From Kribbella sp. (GTDB lineage: Bacteria > Actinomycetota > Actinomycetes > Propionibacteriales > Kribbellaceae), in the NCBI RefSeq assembly GCF_035687465.1, contig NZ_DASRXP010000631.1:1114-65113 (forward strand): DNA of 64,000 bases. Direction: 5' to 3'. Under the pieces are notes generated by a model. That model was not told the DNA's origin and did no database searches. It saw nothing but the letters and a program-made list of their open reading frames with translations. Positions 16,270 to 26,466 of this stretch are shown here, piece by piece. Each line of letters starts with the position of its first letter. Position 1 is the stretch's first letter. Position numbers and translations under genes: made by a program.

Positions 16270-18687
16270 GTGTTCAGACGGCGACTGAGGCTCTCCGCGG
16301 CAGCGGGTGCGAGCCTGTTGATCGCTGCGTCGGCAGCGGTTCTGGCCGCGCCGGCGGCGATCGCGAGCCCGGCGGCGGAGGATCCGGTGGTCAACGTGGC
16401 CATCGACTCCTTCACGCCCGCGGCCCCGAAGCCGGGCGACGCCGTGGTCATCACCGGCCGGATCACGAACACCAGCAACAGCACCTTCGACAACGCCCAG
16501 GCCACCGCCTGCATCGACGACCACCTGCTGACCACCTCGGCCGAGCTGGCGGCGATCCCGACCGAGGCGGACGAGCCGGTCCAGAAGCGCAACAGTTGCG
16601 TCGGACTGAACGACCCCGACTCCGCCACCTTCCAGGAGTTCGACCAACCGGTCGCACCGAAGGCGACCGTGCCCTTCCGGCTGGTGGTGCGGTGGCAGGA
16701 CTGGCACATCGACGGCAGGACCGGCGTCTACGCGGTCGGCGTGCGCTTCCGCGGCAACATCACGCCGAAGGACCGGGTCTCGGCCGGACTGAGCCGGATC
16801 CTGATGCCGGTGGTCAGTGCCGACCCGATGCCGCGCAAGGTGAACACCGCCGTGGTGATCCCGCTGCTGCACCGGCCGACCCTGCTCAGCGGCGACCGGT
16901 TCGCGAACGATTCGCTCGCGCAGTCGCTGGCCCCGACCGGTGAGCTCGGCCGGTTGCTCGCCCTCGGCCAGCAGCAGAAGGTCAGCTGGCTCGTCGATCC
17001 CGCAATGATCGACGAGGTCAAACAGATGGCCCGCGGCTACCGCGTGGTCGGCGCCAACAACGAGACGAAGCCTGGCACCGGCCAGAAGGCGGCCGCGGCC
17101 TGGCTGAAGGCGTTCGACCTCAGTCGCGCGAGGAATCCCACGATCCTGCTCCCGTACGGCGATCCGGACGTCTCCACCCTGATCGATGCCGGCGGCACCC
17201 TCCGGGATCTCGTCGGCCAGGCGCGCACGGCGACCGAGCAGTACAACCTCGGTGGTCCGCCGCTGTTCCGGTCCGGGCTCTGGCTGGAGAACGGCTCGGC
17301 CAGCAGCAAGAATCTCGCCGCCGCCTCCACCGGGTACGCCGGTGCAAAGGCCGACGACGTCAACCTGGTCAGCAGTTCCTCCTGGTCCGCCGAGACGCGG
17401 CCGAATCTGGCTCCTTCACCCGTGTACGACGTCCTCACCCCGGAAGGACCGGTGAAGAGCGTCCGCACGGTAGTTGCGAGCTCGAGCCTCACCGCGGGCG
17501 GACCGGACCCGGCGTCCGTTACCTCTCCCCTCCAGGTGCAGCAGCGATTCGCCGCGGAGACATCCCTGCTCGCGGCGACCGGAACCGGCGCAGTCACCGT
17601 CGTCGCACTGCCCCCTCGCGGCTGGGACCCGGACGGCCGGTCCACCACCGGGCTGGTGCAGGGCCTCTCGCTGCCGTGGATCACGCCGGTCAACCTCGAT
17701 CAGGTGATCCCGGCCGGTAAGCCTGTGACGCCGGCCCCCAAGGTGATCAAGGCGCCGACGGCACAACGGTCGAGCGGTGCTCTGGCCGGCGCGCAATTCG
17801 AGCAGTTCAAGGACCTCAACAACGCGACCACCACCTTCGTCTCCCTGCTGGACAACCCCGACGCCGCCGACGAGAACCTCCGCCGGGCGATGTTCCGGGC
17901 CGGCTCCAACGGCTGGCGGGGCTACGCCGACGAGGCGCAGCGGTTCACCGCCTTCGAGCTGACGGCGGTGAACGGTCAGCTCGGCAAGGTGCATCTGGTC
18001 ACGAACGCGGGCGCCGACCGCCGCGACATCAAGGTGAACCTGTCCGGCAGCAAGGGCACTTTCCCGCTCACCATCGCGAACGAGCTGAACGTCTCGGTCC
18101 GGGTCGGCATCGTGGTCACCTCCGCGAACCGGTCCGACCTGCGGATCGAGCCGCTGGAGACCAAGGTGCTCGCCGCCGGTGTGAAGGCGACCTACCAGAT
18201 CAACGCGAGTGCCGAGCAGAACGGCCTGATCCTGGCCGAGGCACAGGTGGTCTCCGCGCAGCAACTGCCGGTTGGCCGCTCGCAGGAACTGGTGATCCAG
18301 GCCGCCCAGTACGGCAGCGTCGGCTGGATCCTGGTCGGTGCCGCTGTCGCCCTCTTGTTCGGTACGTCGCTCGTCCGCATCTACCGGCGGATCCGTTCGG
18401 AGCGGCGTAACCCGAGTTCCCCGGAGCCCGGATCCGACCCGCTGCACCCGGCCCCGCTGGACCCGAATGACCTGGGTACCGCGGAACCACTTCCCGAGCT
18501 GGCAGGCAACTCGGAGCCGAACCCGTTGGATCCGGTGAAGCCCCTGCGGATCACCACCGACCGGGCGAACGGCGTACGGGAGAACGGTAGGACCGGGGAC
18601 GACGGCGCGGAGCCGCACGCAGTACCGGGGCAGTCGCAGGCCGACGAGACGAGTTGGAAAGAAGGAGTCGGGACGAAGGATGGCTGA
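16270..18687 (+). CDS. Large secreted/membrane-anchored conserved actinobacterial protein (Rv3909-like, DUF6049-type)
   Basis: Signal peptide MFRRRLRLSAAAGASLLIAASAAVLAAPAAIASP. C-terminal TM GWILVGAAVALLFGTSLV. Its size and its position immediately upstream of murJ match Rv3909. Confidence 0.75.
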   Translation: MFRRRLRLSAAAGASLLIAASAAVLAAPAAIASPAAEDPVVNVAIDSFTPAAPKPGDAVVITGRITNTSNSTFDNAQATACIDDHLLTTSAELAAIPTEADEPVQKRNSCVGLNDPDSATFQEFDQPVAPKATVPFRLVVRWQDWHIDGRTGVYAVGVRFRGNITPKDRVSAGLSRILMPVVSADPMPRKVNTAVVIPLLHRPTLLSGDRFANDSLAQSLAPTGELGRLLALGQQQKVSWLVDPAMIDEVKQMARGYRVVGANNETKPGTGQKAAAAWLKAFDLSRARNPTILLPYGDPDVSTLIDAGGTLRDLVGQARTATEQYNLGGPPLFRSGLWLENGSASSKNLAAASTGYAGAKADDVNLVSSSSWSAETRPNLAPSPVYDVLTPEGPVKSVRTVVASSSLTAGGPDPASVTSPLQVQQRFAAETSLLAATGTGAVTVVALPPRGWDPDGRSTTGLVQGLSLPWITPVNLDQVIPAGKPVTPAPKVIKAPTAQRSSGALAGAQFEQFKDLNNATTTFVSLLDNPDAADENLRRAMFRAGSNGWRGYADEAQRFTAFELTAVNGQLGKVHLVTNAGADRRDIKVNLSGSKGTFPLTIANELNVSVRVGIVVTSANRSDLRIEPLETKVLAAGVKATYQINASAEQNGLILAEAQVVSAQQLPVGRSQELVIQAAQYGSVGWILVGAAVALLFGTSLVRIYRRIRSERRNPSSPEPGSDPLHPAPLDPNDLGTAEPLPELAGNSEPNPLDPVKPLRITTDRANGVRENGRTGDDGAEPHAVPGQSQADETSWKEGVGTKDG

Positions 18688-20335
18688 CCGCACCCTGCGC
18701 TCCGCGGCGGTGATGGCAGCCGGAACGGTGCTGTCCCGCCTGCTCGGATTCGTCCGGATCGCCCTGCTCGCGGCCGCCATCGGCACTGCCCTGCGCGGCG
18801 ACATCTTCACCGCCGCGAACACCATCCCGAACAGCCTCTACATCCTGCTGGCCGGCGGCGTCTTCAACACGGTGCTGGTGCCGCAACTGGTCCGGGCGAT
18901 CAAGAACCACGACGACGGTGGCCAGGACTTCACCAACCGGCTGCTCACGTTCGGCTTCTTGGTGCTGGCGGTCGTCACCGTCGGCTGTGTGCTGCTGGCG
19001 CCGCAGATCGCCGGTCTGTACCTGCCGAAGGAGCTGCACGACCCGTCGATGGCGGCCGAGAAGGCCTCGATGGTCATGTTCGTCCGGCTCTGCCTCCCGC
19101 AGATCTTCTTCTACGGCGCGTTCGTGCTGGTCGGCCAGGTGCTGAACGCGCGGCGCCGGTTCGGGCCGATGATGTGGGCGCCGATCGCGAACAACATCGT
19201 CGCCTGCGCTTCGATCATCGTCTTCCTCTTCATCTACCGCGTCGGCGCCAACCCGCCCACCTTCAGCCACGGCGAGGAGCTACTGCTCGGGCTGGGCCAC
19301 ACGGTGGGTATCGCCGTCCAGTTGCTCGTACTGTTGCCCTACCTGAAGGCCAGTGGCCACCGCTATGCGCCCAAGTTCGGCCTTCGCGGCACCGGGCTCG
19401 GCCACACCGCGCGGCTGGGCCTGTGGACAGTGCTGTTCGTCGCGGTCAACCAGGTAACGCTGGTGGTCGTCACGCAGCTGGCCATCGCCGGTAGCGCCTC
19501 GGACAGCCCCGGCGCAAAGGCCGGTCTGGTTGCCTACAGCACGGCCATGCTGATCATCCTGGTGCCGCACGGCATCGTGACCGTCTCGCTGGCGACGGCC
19601 GCGCTCCCGCAGATGTCGTCGCTGGCGTCCGAGGGCGACGTGACCGAGGTGGCCCGGCTCTCGGCCCGTTCGATCCGCCAGACGCTGGCGATCGTCGTAC
19701 CGGCTGCCGCCGCGATGGTGGCGTTCGCGTACCCGATCACGATGGTGATCGCCGGGTACGGCGCCGGTAAGAACAACACCCAACTGATGGCCTACACGCT
19801 GATGGCACTCGCGCTCGGCCTGGTGCCCTTCACCGTGCAGTACTTCCAGCTGCGCACCTTCTACGCTTTCGAGGACACCCGGACGCCGTTCTTCCTTCAG
19901 TGCGTGATCGCCGCGGTCAACATCGCGGCCGCTGTCATCGGCGTCCGGTTCGTCCTCGGGGAGGAACATCTGCGGTTCAGCGGCGTCGCGCTGGGCGCGG
20001 CGTACTCGCTGGCCTATCTGGTCGCCGTGCTGATGTCCCGGCGGGTGCTTGCCCGGCGGGTGCCGCGGGTGCACGGTGCGGGAATCGCGCTGCCACTGCT
20101 CGCCATGGTCATCGCGGCCGTGGTCGGCGCGGGCCTCGCCCGGGTAGTGCTGACCGTGATCGACTCGGCCACCGACTGGAACAGCCCGCTCACCTCCGCG
20201 CTCGAACTGGCCATCGCCGGGGCCGTGATGCTCCCGGTCTACGTCGGAGTGGCGCGGGTGCTTCGGATTCACGAGGTCACCGATGTCGTGTCCATGGTCA
20301 CATCGAAGCTGCCCGGGCGGTCGAGACGGTCCTGA
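18680..20335 (+). CDS. murJ: Lipid II flippase MurJ (MviN)
   Basis: N-terminus RSAAVMAAGTVLSRLLGFVRIALLAAAIG, ANTIPNSLYILLAGGVFNTVLVPQL, and about 14 TM segments. Confidence 0.9.
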   Translation: MADRTLRSAAVMAAGTVLSRLLGFVRIALLAAAIGTALRGDIFTAANTIPNSLYILLAGGVFNTVLVPQLVRAIKNHDDGGQDFTNRLLTFGFLVLAVVTVGCVLLAPQIAGLYLPKELHDPSMAAEKASMVMFVRLCLPQIFFYGAFVLVGQVLNARRRFGPMMWAPIANNIVACASIIVFLFIYRVGANPPTFSHGEELLLGLGHTVGIAVQLLVLLPYLKASGHRYAPKFGLRGTGLGHTARLGLWTVLFVAVNQVTLVVVTQLAIAGSASDSPGAKAGLVAYSTAMLIILVPHGIVTVSLATAALPQMSSLASEGDVTEVARLSARSIRQTLAIVVPAAAAMVAFAYPITMVIAGYGAGKNNTQLMAYTLMALALGLVPFTVQYFQLRTFYAFEDTRTPFFLQCVIAAVNIAAAVIGVRFVLGEEHLRFSGVALGAAYSLAYLVAVLMSRRVLARRVPRVHGAGIALPLLAMVIAAVVGAGLARVVLTVIDSATDWNSPLTSALELAIAGAVMLPVYVGVARVLRIHEVTDVVSMVTSKLPGRSRRS

Positions 20336-20494
20336 TGCGGCAGCTTGTGCGCTCGTGCACCGCTGATGGCTGTGCCTGGGCACTAGCATGGGGGCTGCGA
20401 TCGGTCCGCCAGCCGTTCGCGCCGGACCCCCGCTGACCGGATCCGGAGCGCCAGACGCAGGCCGACCAGTGCATCGAGGAGGGCGAGAGACACC

Positions 20495-22147
20495 GTGTCG
20501 AACCAGACCGTCAGTCCTGGTGCCCTGCTCGCCGGCCGCTACCGGATCGCCGAGTTGCTCGCGGAGATCGACGGTGCGCGGGTCTGGCGGGCAGTGGACG
20601 AGGTACTGAACCGAGCTGTCATCGTGGACGTGCTGCCGATCGGCGACCCGCGGACCAACACCCTCTTCGACGCGGCCCGGCGAGCCGCCGCCGCGGCCGA
20701 CCCGCGCTTCCTCCGGGTCCTCGACTGCGACATGCACGACGGCGTCACGTACTGCGTGCGCGAGTGGGCCGGCGGCCGTCCCCTGGAACGCATGCTCAGC
20801 GCGGGCCCGCTGACCGGGCAGCAGGCGGGCTGGCTGGCCCGCGAGGTCTCCGAGGCGCTGGAGAACCTGCACCGCACCGGCCAGTCACACGGCTCGATCA
20901 GCCCGTCCACTGTGGTGGTCACCGACGCCGGCGCGATCAAGGTCGTCGGCCTGGCCACCGAAGCGGCGCTGCGCTCGACCGGACCGGGTAGTCCGGAGCA
21001 GGACGTCCGCGCACTCGGCGAGATCCTCTATGCCTCCCTCACCGGCAGGTGGCCCGGCCCGGCACCGGCCTGGGGACTCCAGCCCGCGCCGATCGAGCAC
21101 GGGCGGCTGTTGAGTCCCCGGCAGGTCCGCGCCGGGGTGCCCCGCTCCTTGGATGACATCTGCGACCGACTGCTGGCCGAGCCGCCCCGTCACCACGCCG
21201 CCCCGATCACCAGTGCCGCAGGTCTGTCCGCCGCGTTGTCCGGAGTGGTCGGCAGCTCGCACGAGCCGCCCAGCCAGATGGACGAGACGGTCGCGGTCGC
21301 CCGGCAGAACGGCAGCGTCGACGACGCGACCCAGGTGGTCCCGCCGGTACTGACCCCCGCCCTGGACCCGACGCCGGCAGTTGTTCAGCAGAACGGCCAT
21401 AGCCAGGCACCACCGCCGCGCGCGGCGTACACGCCAGCTGCCGACGCCCGGCCGGTACGGCGGCAGAGCCCGCCGAGCCACAACGGCAACGGCCGCCGCA
21501 AGCCGCCTGCGGACGAGCCGCGGCAGCGTGGCAGCTGGGGTGGCCGGATCCTGATCCTGCTCGCCGTGCTGGCGCTGCTGTCGGTGATCGCGATGGCGCA
21601 GTTCCTGGTCAAGGGCGCGATCAACAAGGACCAGGGCAGCAACGCGACCCCGGATGCCCCGCAGAGTTCGGGTCCGCCGGTGCCGACCAACGAGAAGGTC
21701 ACCATCAAGGCCGCCAAGGACTTCGACCCGAAGCCCAAGGGCAACGGGTCCGAGCACCCGGAGGACGTGGCCAACACGTACGACGGGAAGGCCGACACCA
21801 CCTGGACGACGATGTCGTACAGCAAGAAGAACCTAGGTGGGCTGAAGGAAGGCGTCGGGATCTACTACGACCTGGGCGAGCTCACCGACGTGTCACAAGT
21901 GACAGTCAACCTGGTCGGCGACCCGACCAACCTCGAACTGATGGTGCCGAGCGCCGATCCGTCCAAGCCCGCCACCACGGTCGGCGGCTGGAAGTCGGTC
22001 GCCAACGCGGAAGAGGCTGGTGAGTCGGCGGTACTGAAGCTGGCCGCGCCGACCAATACCCGCTATGTGCTGGTCTGGCTGACCAGTCTGCCCAAGGACG
22101 GCAGTGGCTACCGGGGCGAGATCTCGGAGGTCACGATCCAGCGATGA
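20495..22147 (+). CDS. Membrane-anchored pseudokinase (Ser/Thr kinase-like domain, TM, extracellular carbohydrate-binding-like domain); the MviN-associated module as a separate gene
   Basis: Kinase-like fold YRIAELLAE...WRAVD with degenerate catalytic motifs: RAVIVDV replaces VAIK, SHGSISPST replaces HRDLKPxN, and there is no DFG. TM ILILLAVLALLSVIAMAQFLV. GTG start. Confidence 0.8.
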   Translation: MSNQTVSPGALLAGRYRIAELLAEIDGARVWRAVDEVLNRAVIVDVLPIGDPRTNTLFDAARRAAAAADPRFLRVLDCDMHDGVTYCVREWAGGRPLERMLSAGPLTGQQAGWLAREVSEALENLHRTGQSHGSISPSTVVVTDAGAIKVVGLATEAALRSTGPGSPEQDVRALGEILYASLTGRWPGPAPAWGLQPAPIEHGRLLSPRQVRAGVPRSLDDICDRLLAEPPRHHAAPITSAAGLSAALSGVVGSSHEPPSQMDETVAVARQNGSVDDATQVVPPVLTPALDPTPAVVQQNGHSQAPPPRAAYTPAADARPVRRQSPPSHNGNGRRKPPADEPRQRGSWGGRILILLAVLALLSVIAMAQFLVKGAINKDQGSNATPDAPQSSGPPVPTNEKVTIKAAKDFDPKPKGNGSEHPEDVANTYDGKADTTWTTMSYSKKNLGGLKEGVGIYYDLGELTDVSQVTVNLVGDPTNLELMVPSADPSKPATTVGGWKSVANAEEAGESAVLKLAAPTNTRYVLVWLTSLPKDGSGYRGEISEVTIQR

Positions 22148-22899
22148 CATCGGAAACAGCCTCGACTCCACCGCCCCCGCCAGGTATTCCCCGGATCGGG
22201 GCGCCGGCGGACAGGCCGGGGCACCACGTGTACGAGACGATGGACGACCACGAGTTGCTCCGGCTGCACGTGGCCGGCAACCCGGACACCTTCGGCTACC
22301 TGGTCAAGCGGCACCGGGACCGGATGTGGGCGGTCGCGATCCGGACGCTCGGCGAGCCCGAGGAGGCGGCCGACGCACTGCAGGAGGCCTTCATCTCGGC
22401 CTTCCGCCGGGCCGACTCGTTCCGCGGCGACGCGAAGGTGACCACCTGGTTGCACCGGATCGTGGTGAACGCCTGCCTGGACAGGATCCGCCGCCGCCAG
22501 GTCCGGGCGGCCGACCCGCTGCCCGAGGACGAGGACCGCGCGGCCGAGTTGGCCGGACCGGCCGAGGACGATCCCGCCGAGGTCCGTGAGCGCCGGCTCG
22601 ACGTCCTGCACGCCCTGAAGCAGATCAACTCCGACCAGCGCAGTGCGCTCGTCCTGGTCGACATGGAGGGCTACTCGATCGAGGAGGCGGCCGCCATTCT
22701 GGGCTGTGCGCCGGGCACGGTGAAGAGCCGGTGCGCCCGCGGCCGGGCCCGGTTGCTCCCGCTGCTCAGGCACTGGCAGACCACCCGCGGTGGCAGCGGT
22801 CTACCCGCCGTACCGGCTGAGGCGGGCGCGGCGGATGGGGCCGCAGTGACGGATGGGGAGCCTGCGAAGGCCGCGGCGAAATCGATGGGAACCGAATGA
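22144..22899 (+). CDS. sigM: ECF RNA polymerase sigma factor SigM-like
   Basis: Region 2 FGYLVKRHRDRMWAVAIRTLGEPEEAADALQEAFISAF...TWLHRIVVNACLD. Region 4 QRSALVLVDMEGYSIEEAAAILGCAPGTVKSRCARGR. ATGA overlap with the pseudokinase stop. An internal start at MDDHELL is possible. Confidence 0.8.
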   Translation: MTSETASTPPPPPGIPRIGAPADRPGHHVYETMDDHELLRLHVAGNPDTFGYLVKRHRDRMWAVAIRTLGEPEEAADALQEAFISAFRRADSFRGDAKVTTWLHRIVVNACLDRIRRRQVRAADPLPEDEDRAAELAGPAEDDPAEVRERRLDVLHALKQINSDQRSALVLVDMEGYSIEEAAAILGCAPGTVKSRCARGRARLLPLLRHWQTTRGGSGLPAVPAEAGAADGAAVTDGEPAKAAAKSMGTE

Positions 22900-23008
22900 C
22901 CTGGTCGCCCGTCGAAGCCGAGTCGCCATCCTGCGGCCCCGCGATCGTCTACCGGAGCACCTCACCGATGACCACTCTGCGCACGTCCCTCGAGGGGGCG
23001 AGTTCCCG

Positions 23009-23770
23009 ATGACCGAATCCGGTCTGCCGACCAGCGAACATCTCGAGCACCTGGACACCGATACGATCGCGGATCTGATCGAGAACCTGCTGCCGGCCCC
23101 CGAGGCACACCGCGCTCGTGAACACGTGAAGGCGTGTCCGGACTGCCAGCAGACGCACGACGCGCTGGTGCAACTGTCCGACGACCTCGCCGACGAGGGC
23201 CGGGCGGACATCCCGATCCCGACCGACGTCGCCGAGCACCTGGACGCCGTGATCGTCTCCGAGTCCGTACTGCGCTCTTCCACGGTCGGCGTTCACTCCC
23301 TGGTCCAACTGCGGGAGGAACCACGCCGGCACCTGCCGAAGCTGCTGCTAGCGGCCGCCGCGGTGCTCGTGGTCGCGGCTGCCGGCGTCGGTGTGGTGAT
23401 CAGCACAGCGGACCACAGCAACGACGGAGCCGCGGGGATCAACCCGACCGGCTCACCGATCGCGGTGCCGACGTTGTCGACCGCGCAGGTGGGTCCGCAG
23501 GCGCAGCGCTGGCTGGAGAACACCACCGATCCGGTGCTGCACGGGGACTCCGCGGAGATCGACTGCGCGAACGTCTTCGCCTCCGGCCGACCGAATCCGG
23601 TGGTCCGGTTGGTGCAGCCGGCCAAGGTCGACGGCAAGCGCGCGACGGTGATCGGCCTGCAGGGCGGATCACCCCGTGACATCTCGCTTTTCGTGGTCAC
23701 CGGCTGTAACACCTCAGATGGGGTCGCCACCCCGATCTACGACACGACCGTGACTCTGCGCAACCGCTGA
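23009..23770 (+). CDS. Anti-sigma factor (zf-HC2 type, single TM), probable anti-SigM
   Basis: HVKACPDCQQTH (HxxxCxxC) motif and TM LLLAAAAVLVVAAAGVGVVI. Position directly after sigM. Start chosen at ATG 23009 within ORF 22853..23770. Confidence 0.7.
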   Translation: MTESGLPTSEHLEHLDTDTIADLIENLLPAPEAHRAREHVKACPDCQQTHDALVQLSDDLADEGRADIPIPTDVAEHLDAVIVSESVLRSSTVGVHSLVQLREEPRRHLPKLLLAAAAVLVVAAAGVGVVISTADHSNDGAAGINPTGSPIAVPTLSTAQVGPQAQRWLENTTDPVLHGDSAEIDCANVFASGRPNPVVRLVQPAKVDGKRATVIGLQGGSPRDISLFVVTGCNTSDGVATPIYDTTVTLRNR

Positions 23771-23831
23771 GGTCTCGTGCACGGCACGTGGGTGAGCCGC
23801 CTGTCTGTGGTGGACCGCCGGTGGGTACCGT

Positions 23832-23858
23832 GGGAATGGTCGGCCTCTAGGATCCGTT
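23832..23858 (+). promoter_or_regulatory. SigR/SigH-type (thiol-oxidative-stress ECF) promoter upstream of trxB-trxA
   Basis: GGGAAT (23832-23837), exactly 18 nt, then GTT (23856-23858). This matches the GGAAT-N18-GTT consensus known for the trxBA promoters of Streptomyces and Mycobacterium. Confidence 0.6.
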
Positions 23859-23903
23859 GAGTACGACGTAATGACCGTCTCGACGACACCGAGGAACACC
23901 TGT

Positions 23904-24890
23904 ATGAGCGAGGCAGAAGTCCGCAACGTCATCATCATCGGCTCCGGCCCGGCCGGCTACACGGCCGCGGTGTACGCGGCGCGTGCCCAGCTGTCCCCGC
24001 TGGTCTTCGAGGGATCCGTCACGGCTGGTGGCGCTTTGATGACCACCACCGAGGTGGAGAACTACCCCGGCTTCGCCAACGGCATCATGGGCCCGATGCT
24101 GATGGACGAGATGCGCACCCAGGCGGAGCGCTTCGGCGCCGAACTGGTCCCCGACGACATCGTCGAGGTCGACCTGACCGGCGACGTGAAGCTCGTCACC
24201 GACTCCGCCGGCACCGTGCACCGGGCGAAGACCGTGATCCTGGCGATGGGCTCGGGCTACCGCAAACTCGGCCTGCCCGACGAGGACCGGATGTCCGGAC
24301 ACGGCGTGTCCTGGTGTGCGACCTGTGACGGCTTCTTCTTCCGGCAGCACGAGATCGCCGTCGTCGGTGGTGGCGACACCGCCATCGAGGAGGCGACCTT
24401 CCTGACCCGGTTCGCCGACAAGGTCACCATCGTGCACCGGCGCGACGAGTTGCGCGCCTCCAAGATCATGGCCGAGCGCGCCTTCGCGAACGACAAGATC
24501 GAGTTCGCCTGGAACTCCGAGGTCGCCGCCATCAACGGTGACGACAAGCTGACCGGTGTGACGGTGCGGGACACGGTCACGGGCGAGACGCGCGAACTGC
24601 CGGTCACCGGTCTGTTCATCGCGATCGGCCACGACCCCCGCTCGGAGCTGGTCAAGGGCCAGGTGAACCTGGACGACGAGGGCTACGTGCTGGTCGAGAA
24701 CGGCAGCACGAACACCAACCTGCCGGGCGTTTTCGCCGCCGGCGACCTGGTCGACCACACCTACCGTCAGGCCGTCACGGCGGCCGGCACGGGCTGTTCC
24801 GCGGCGCTGGACGCCGAGCGCTTCCTGGCCACGCTGGAGCACGCCGAGCACACCGCGGCCGCGGCCGCCACCGAGCCTGTCTCCGTCTGA
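23904..24890 (+). CDS. trxB: Thioredoxin-disulfide reductase
   Basis: [22 protein letters not shown] motif, redox-active CATCDG, and [15 protein letters not shown] motif. ATG 23904 is preceded by the SD GAGGAA. Confidence 0.92.
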   Translation: MSEAEVRNVIIIGSGPAGYTAAVYAARAQLSPLVFEGSVTAGGALMTTTEVENYPGFANGIMGPMLMDEMRTQAERFGAELVPDDIVEVDLTGDVKLVTDSAGTVHRAKTVILAMGSGYRKLGLPDEDRMSGHGVSWCATCDGFFFRQHEIAVVGGGDTAIEEATFLTRFADKVTIVHRRDELRASKIMAERAFANDKIEFAWNSEVAAINGDDKLTGVTVRDTVTGETRELPVTGLFIAIGHDPRSELVKGQVNLDDEGYVLVENGSTNTNLPGVFAAGDLVDHTYRQAVTAAGTGCSAALDAERFLATLEHAEHTAAAAATEPVSV

Positions 24891-24921
24891 ACCTCACTAC
24901 CACCTAAGGAGAATCACGCCC

Positions 24922-25251
24922 GTGGGCGAGAAGATGAATGCCGTCACCGACGCCGAGTTCGACGCGACCGTACTGAAGAGCGACAAGCCGGTCCTGGTCG
25001 ATTTCTGGGCCGAGTGGTGTGGTCCGTGCCGCCAGGTGTCCCCCATCCTGGAGGAGCTTTCCACCGAGCACGGCGACAAGATGACCTTCCTGAAGATGAA
25101 CGTGGACGAGAACCCGGTCACCCCGAGCAACTACCGCGTTACCGGTATCCCTACCATCAACGTCTACGTGAACGGTGAACTGGCCAAGTCCATCGTCGGC
25201 GCGAAGCCGAAGGCGGCGTTGCTGAAGGAACTGGCCGACTTCACTAGCTGA
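24922..25251 (+). CDS. trxA: Thioredoxin
   Basis: WAEWCGPCR active site; about 108 aa. GTG 24922 follows AAGGAG; an alternative ATG lies at 24934. Confidence 0.92.
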   Translation: MGEKMNAVTDAEFDATVLKSDKPVLVDFWAEWCGPCRQVSPILEELSTEHGDKMTFLKMNVDENPVTPSNYRVTGIPTINVYVNGELAKSIVGAKPKAALLKELADFTS

Positions 25252-25308
25252 ACTGCCTGAGTCCGGGCGTCCTGGTGGCGCCCGTCCGCCGCACGGCAAG
25301 GAGAGTTG

Positions 25309-26457
25309 ATGTCCGGCCCATTGTTGGAAGGCCCGCAAGGCGCCCGGATCTACCGGATCGGTGACAGCGGTGAGGCCGTTGCCGAGATCATCGGCAAGTT
25401 GCAGCGGCTAGGCCTGCTGGAACCGGGTGGCCACTTCGTCTACGACGAGGCGACCGCCCACGCCGTGCGTGGTTTCCAACAGCAACGTGGCCTGATGATC
25501 GACGGGATCGTCGGACCGCAGACGTACCGCGCGATCGACGACGCACGTTGGCGGCTGGGCGACCGGCTGCTGACGTACGTCGTCTCGCACCCGCTCACCG
25601 GGGACGACGTGGTGGCACTGCAGGCGAAGCTGCAGGAGCTGGGGTTCGCGGTCGCCCGGGTGGACGGCATCTTCGGAGCCGACACCCAGCGCGCGGTGAC
25701 CGAGTTCCAGCGCAACATGGGGCTGCCCGGTGATGGCACCTGCGGCCCATCCACTTTCAAGGCACTGCAGCGGATCCGTCCGATGGCGACCGGTGGCCGG
25801 CCCGACGCTCTCCGCGCTTCCGAGGCGGTTCGCGCGGCCGGGCCGCGGTTGTCCGGCAAGACCGTGGTGATCGACCCGGGGCATGGTGGGTTCGACTACG
25901 GCTGGGAAGGGTTCGGCCTGCGCGAGTCCGACGTGGCGTATGACCTCGCTTCGCGGATCGAGGGGCGGCTGGGCGCGACCGGAGTACGGGCTTATCTTTC
26001 CCGTGGGCGCGACCAGGGGCCGGACGAGTTGGCCCGGGCCGCATTCGCGAACGAGACGGACGCCAATCTCTGCGTTTCCCTGCACACCGACGGGTCGATG
26101 AACCCCGAGGCGCAGGGTGTCGCGACGTACTACTACGGCACCGATCTGCACGGTGCCTCTTCGAGCGTGGGCGAGCAGTTCGCCGGGCTGGTGCAGCGTG
26201 AGATCGTCGCGCGCACGGATCTGTTGAACTGCCGGACGCACACCAAGACCTGGGACCTGCTGCGCCGGACCAAGATGCCGGCCGTGCGGCTCGAGATCGG
26301 CTACGTGACGAACCCGCACGACTCCGCCCGGCTGGCCGACGCGGCCTTCCGCGATGTGGTCGCCGAGGCGATCGTGGTCGCGATCCAGCGCGTCTACCTG
26401 CCGCCGGAGCAGGACGCCGCCACCGGCATGCTCCGCCTCGGCCAACTCACCGTCTAG
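25309..26457 (+). CDS. cwlM: CwlM-like N-acetylmuramoyl-L-alanine amidase (two PG_binding_1 repeats plus an Amidase_3 domain)
   Basis: Two peptidoglycan-binding repeats (AVRGFQQQRGLMIDGIVGPQTYRAI and AVTEFQRNMGLPGDGTCGPSTFKAL). Amidase_3 region VVIDPGHGG...SLHTD. Synteny with Rv3915. Confidence 0.85.
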   Translation: MSGPLLEGPQGARIYRIGDSGEAVAEIIGKLQRLGLLEPGGHFVYDEATAHAVRGFQQQRGLMIDGIVGPQTYRAIDDARWRLGDRLLTYVVSHPLTGDDVVALQAKLQELGFAVARVDGIFGADTQRAVTEFQRNMGLPGDGTCGPSTFKALQRIRPMATGGRPDALRASEAVRAAGPRLSGKTVVIDPGHGGFDYGWEGFGLRESDVAYDLASRIEGRLGATGVRAYLSRGRDQGPDELARAAFANETDANLCVSLHTDGSMNPEAQGVATYYYGTDLHGASSSVGEQFAGLVQREIVARTDLLNCRTHTKTWDLLRRTKMPAVRLEIGYVTNPHDSARLADAAFRDVVAEAIVVAIQRVYLPPEQDAATGMLRLGQLTV

Positions 26458-26466
26458 GCCGGTCAG

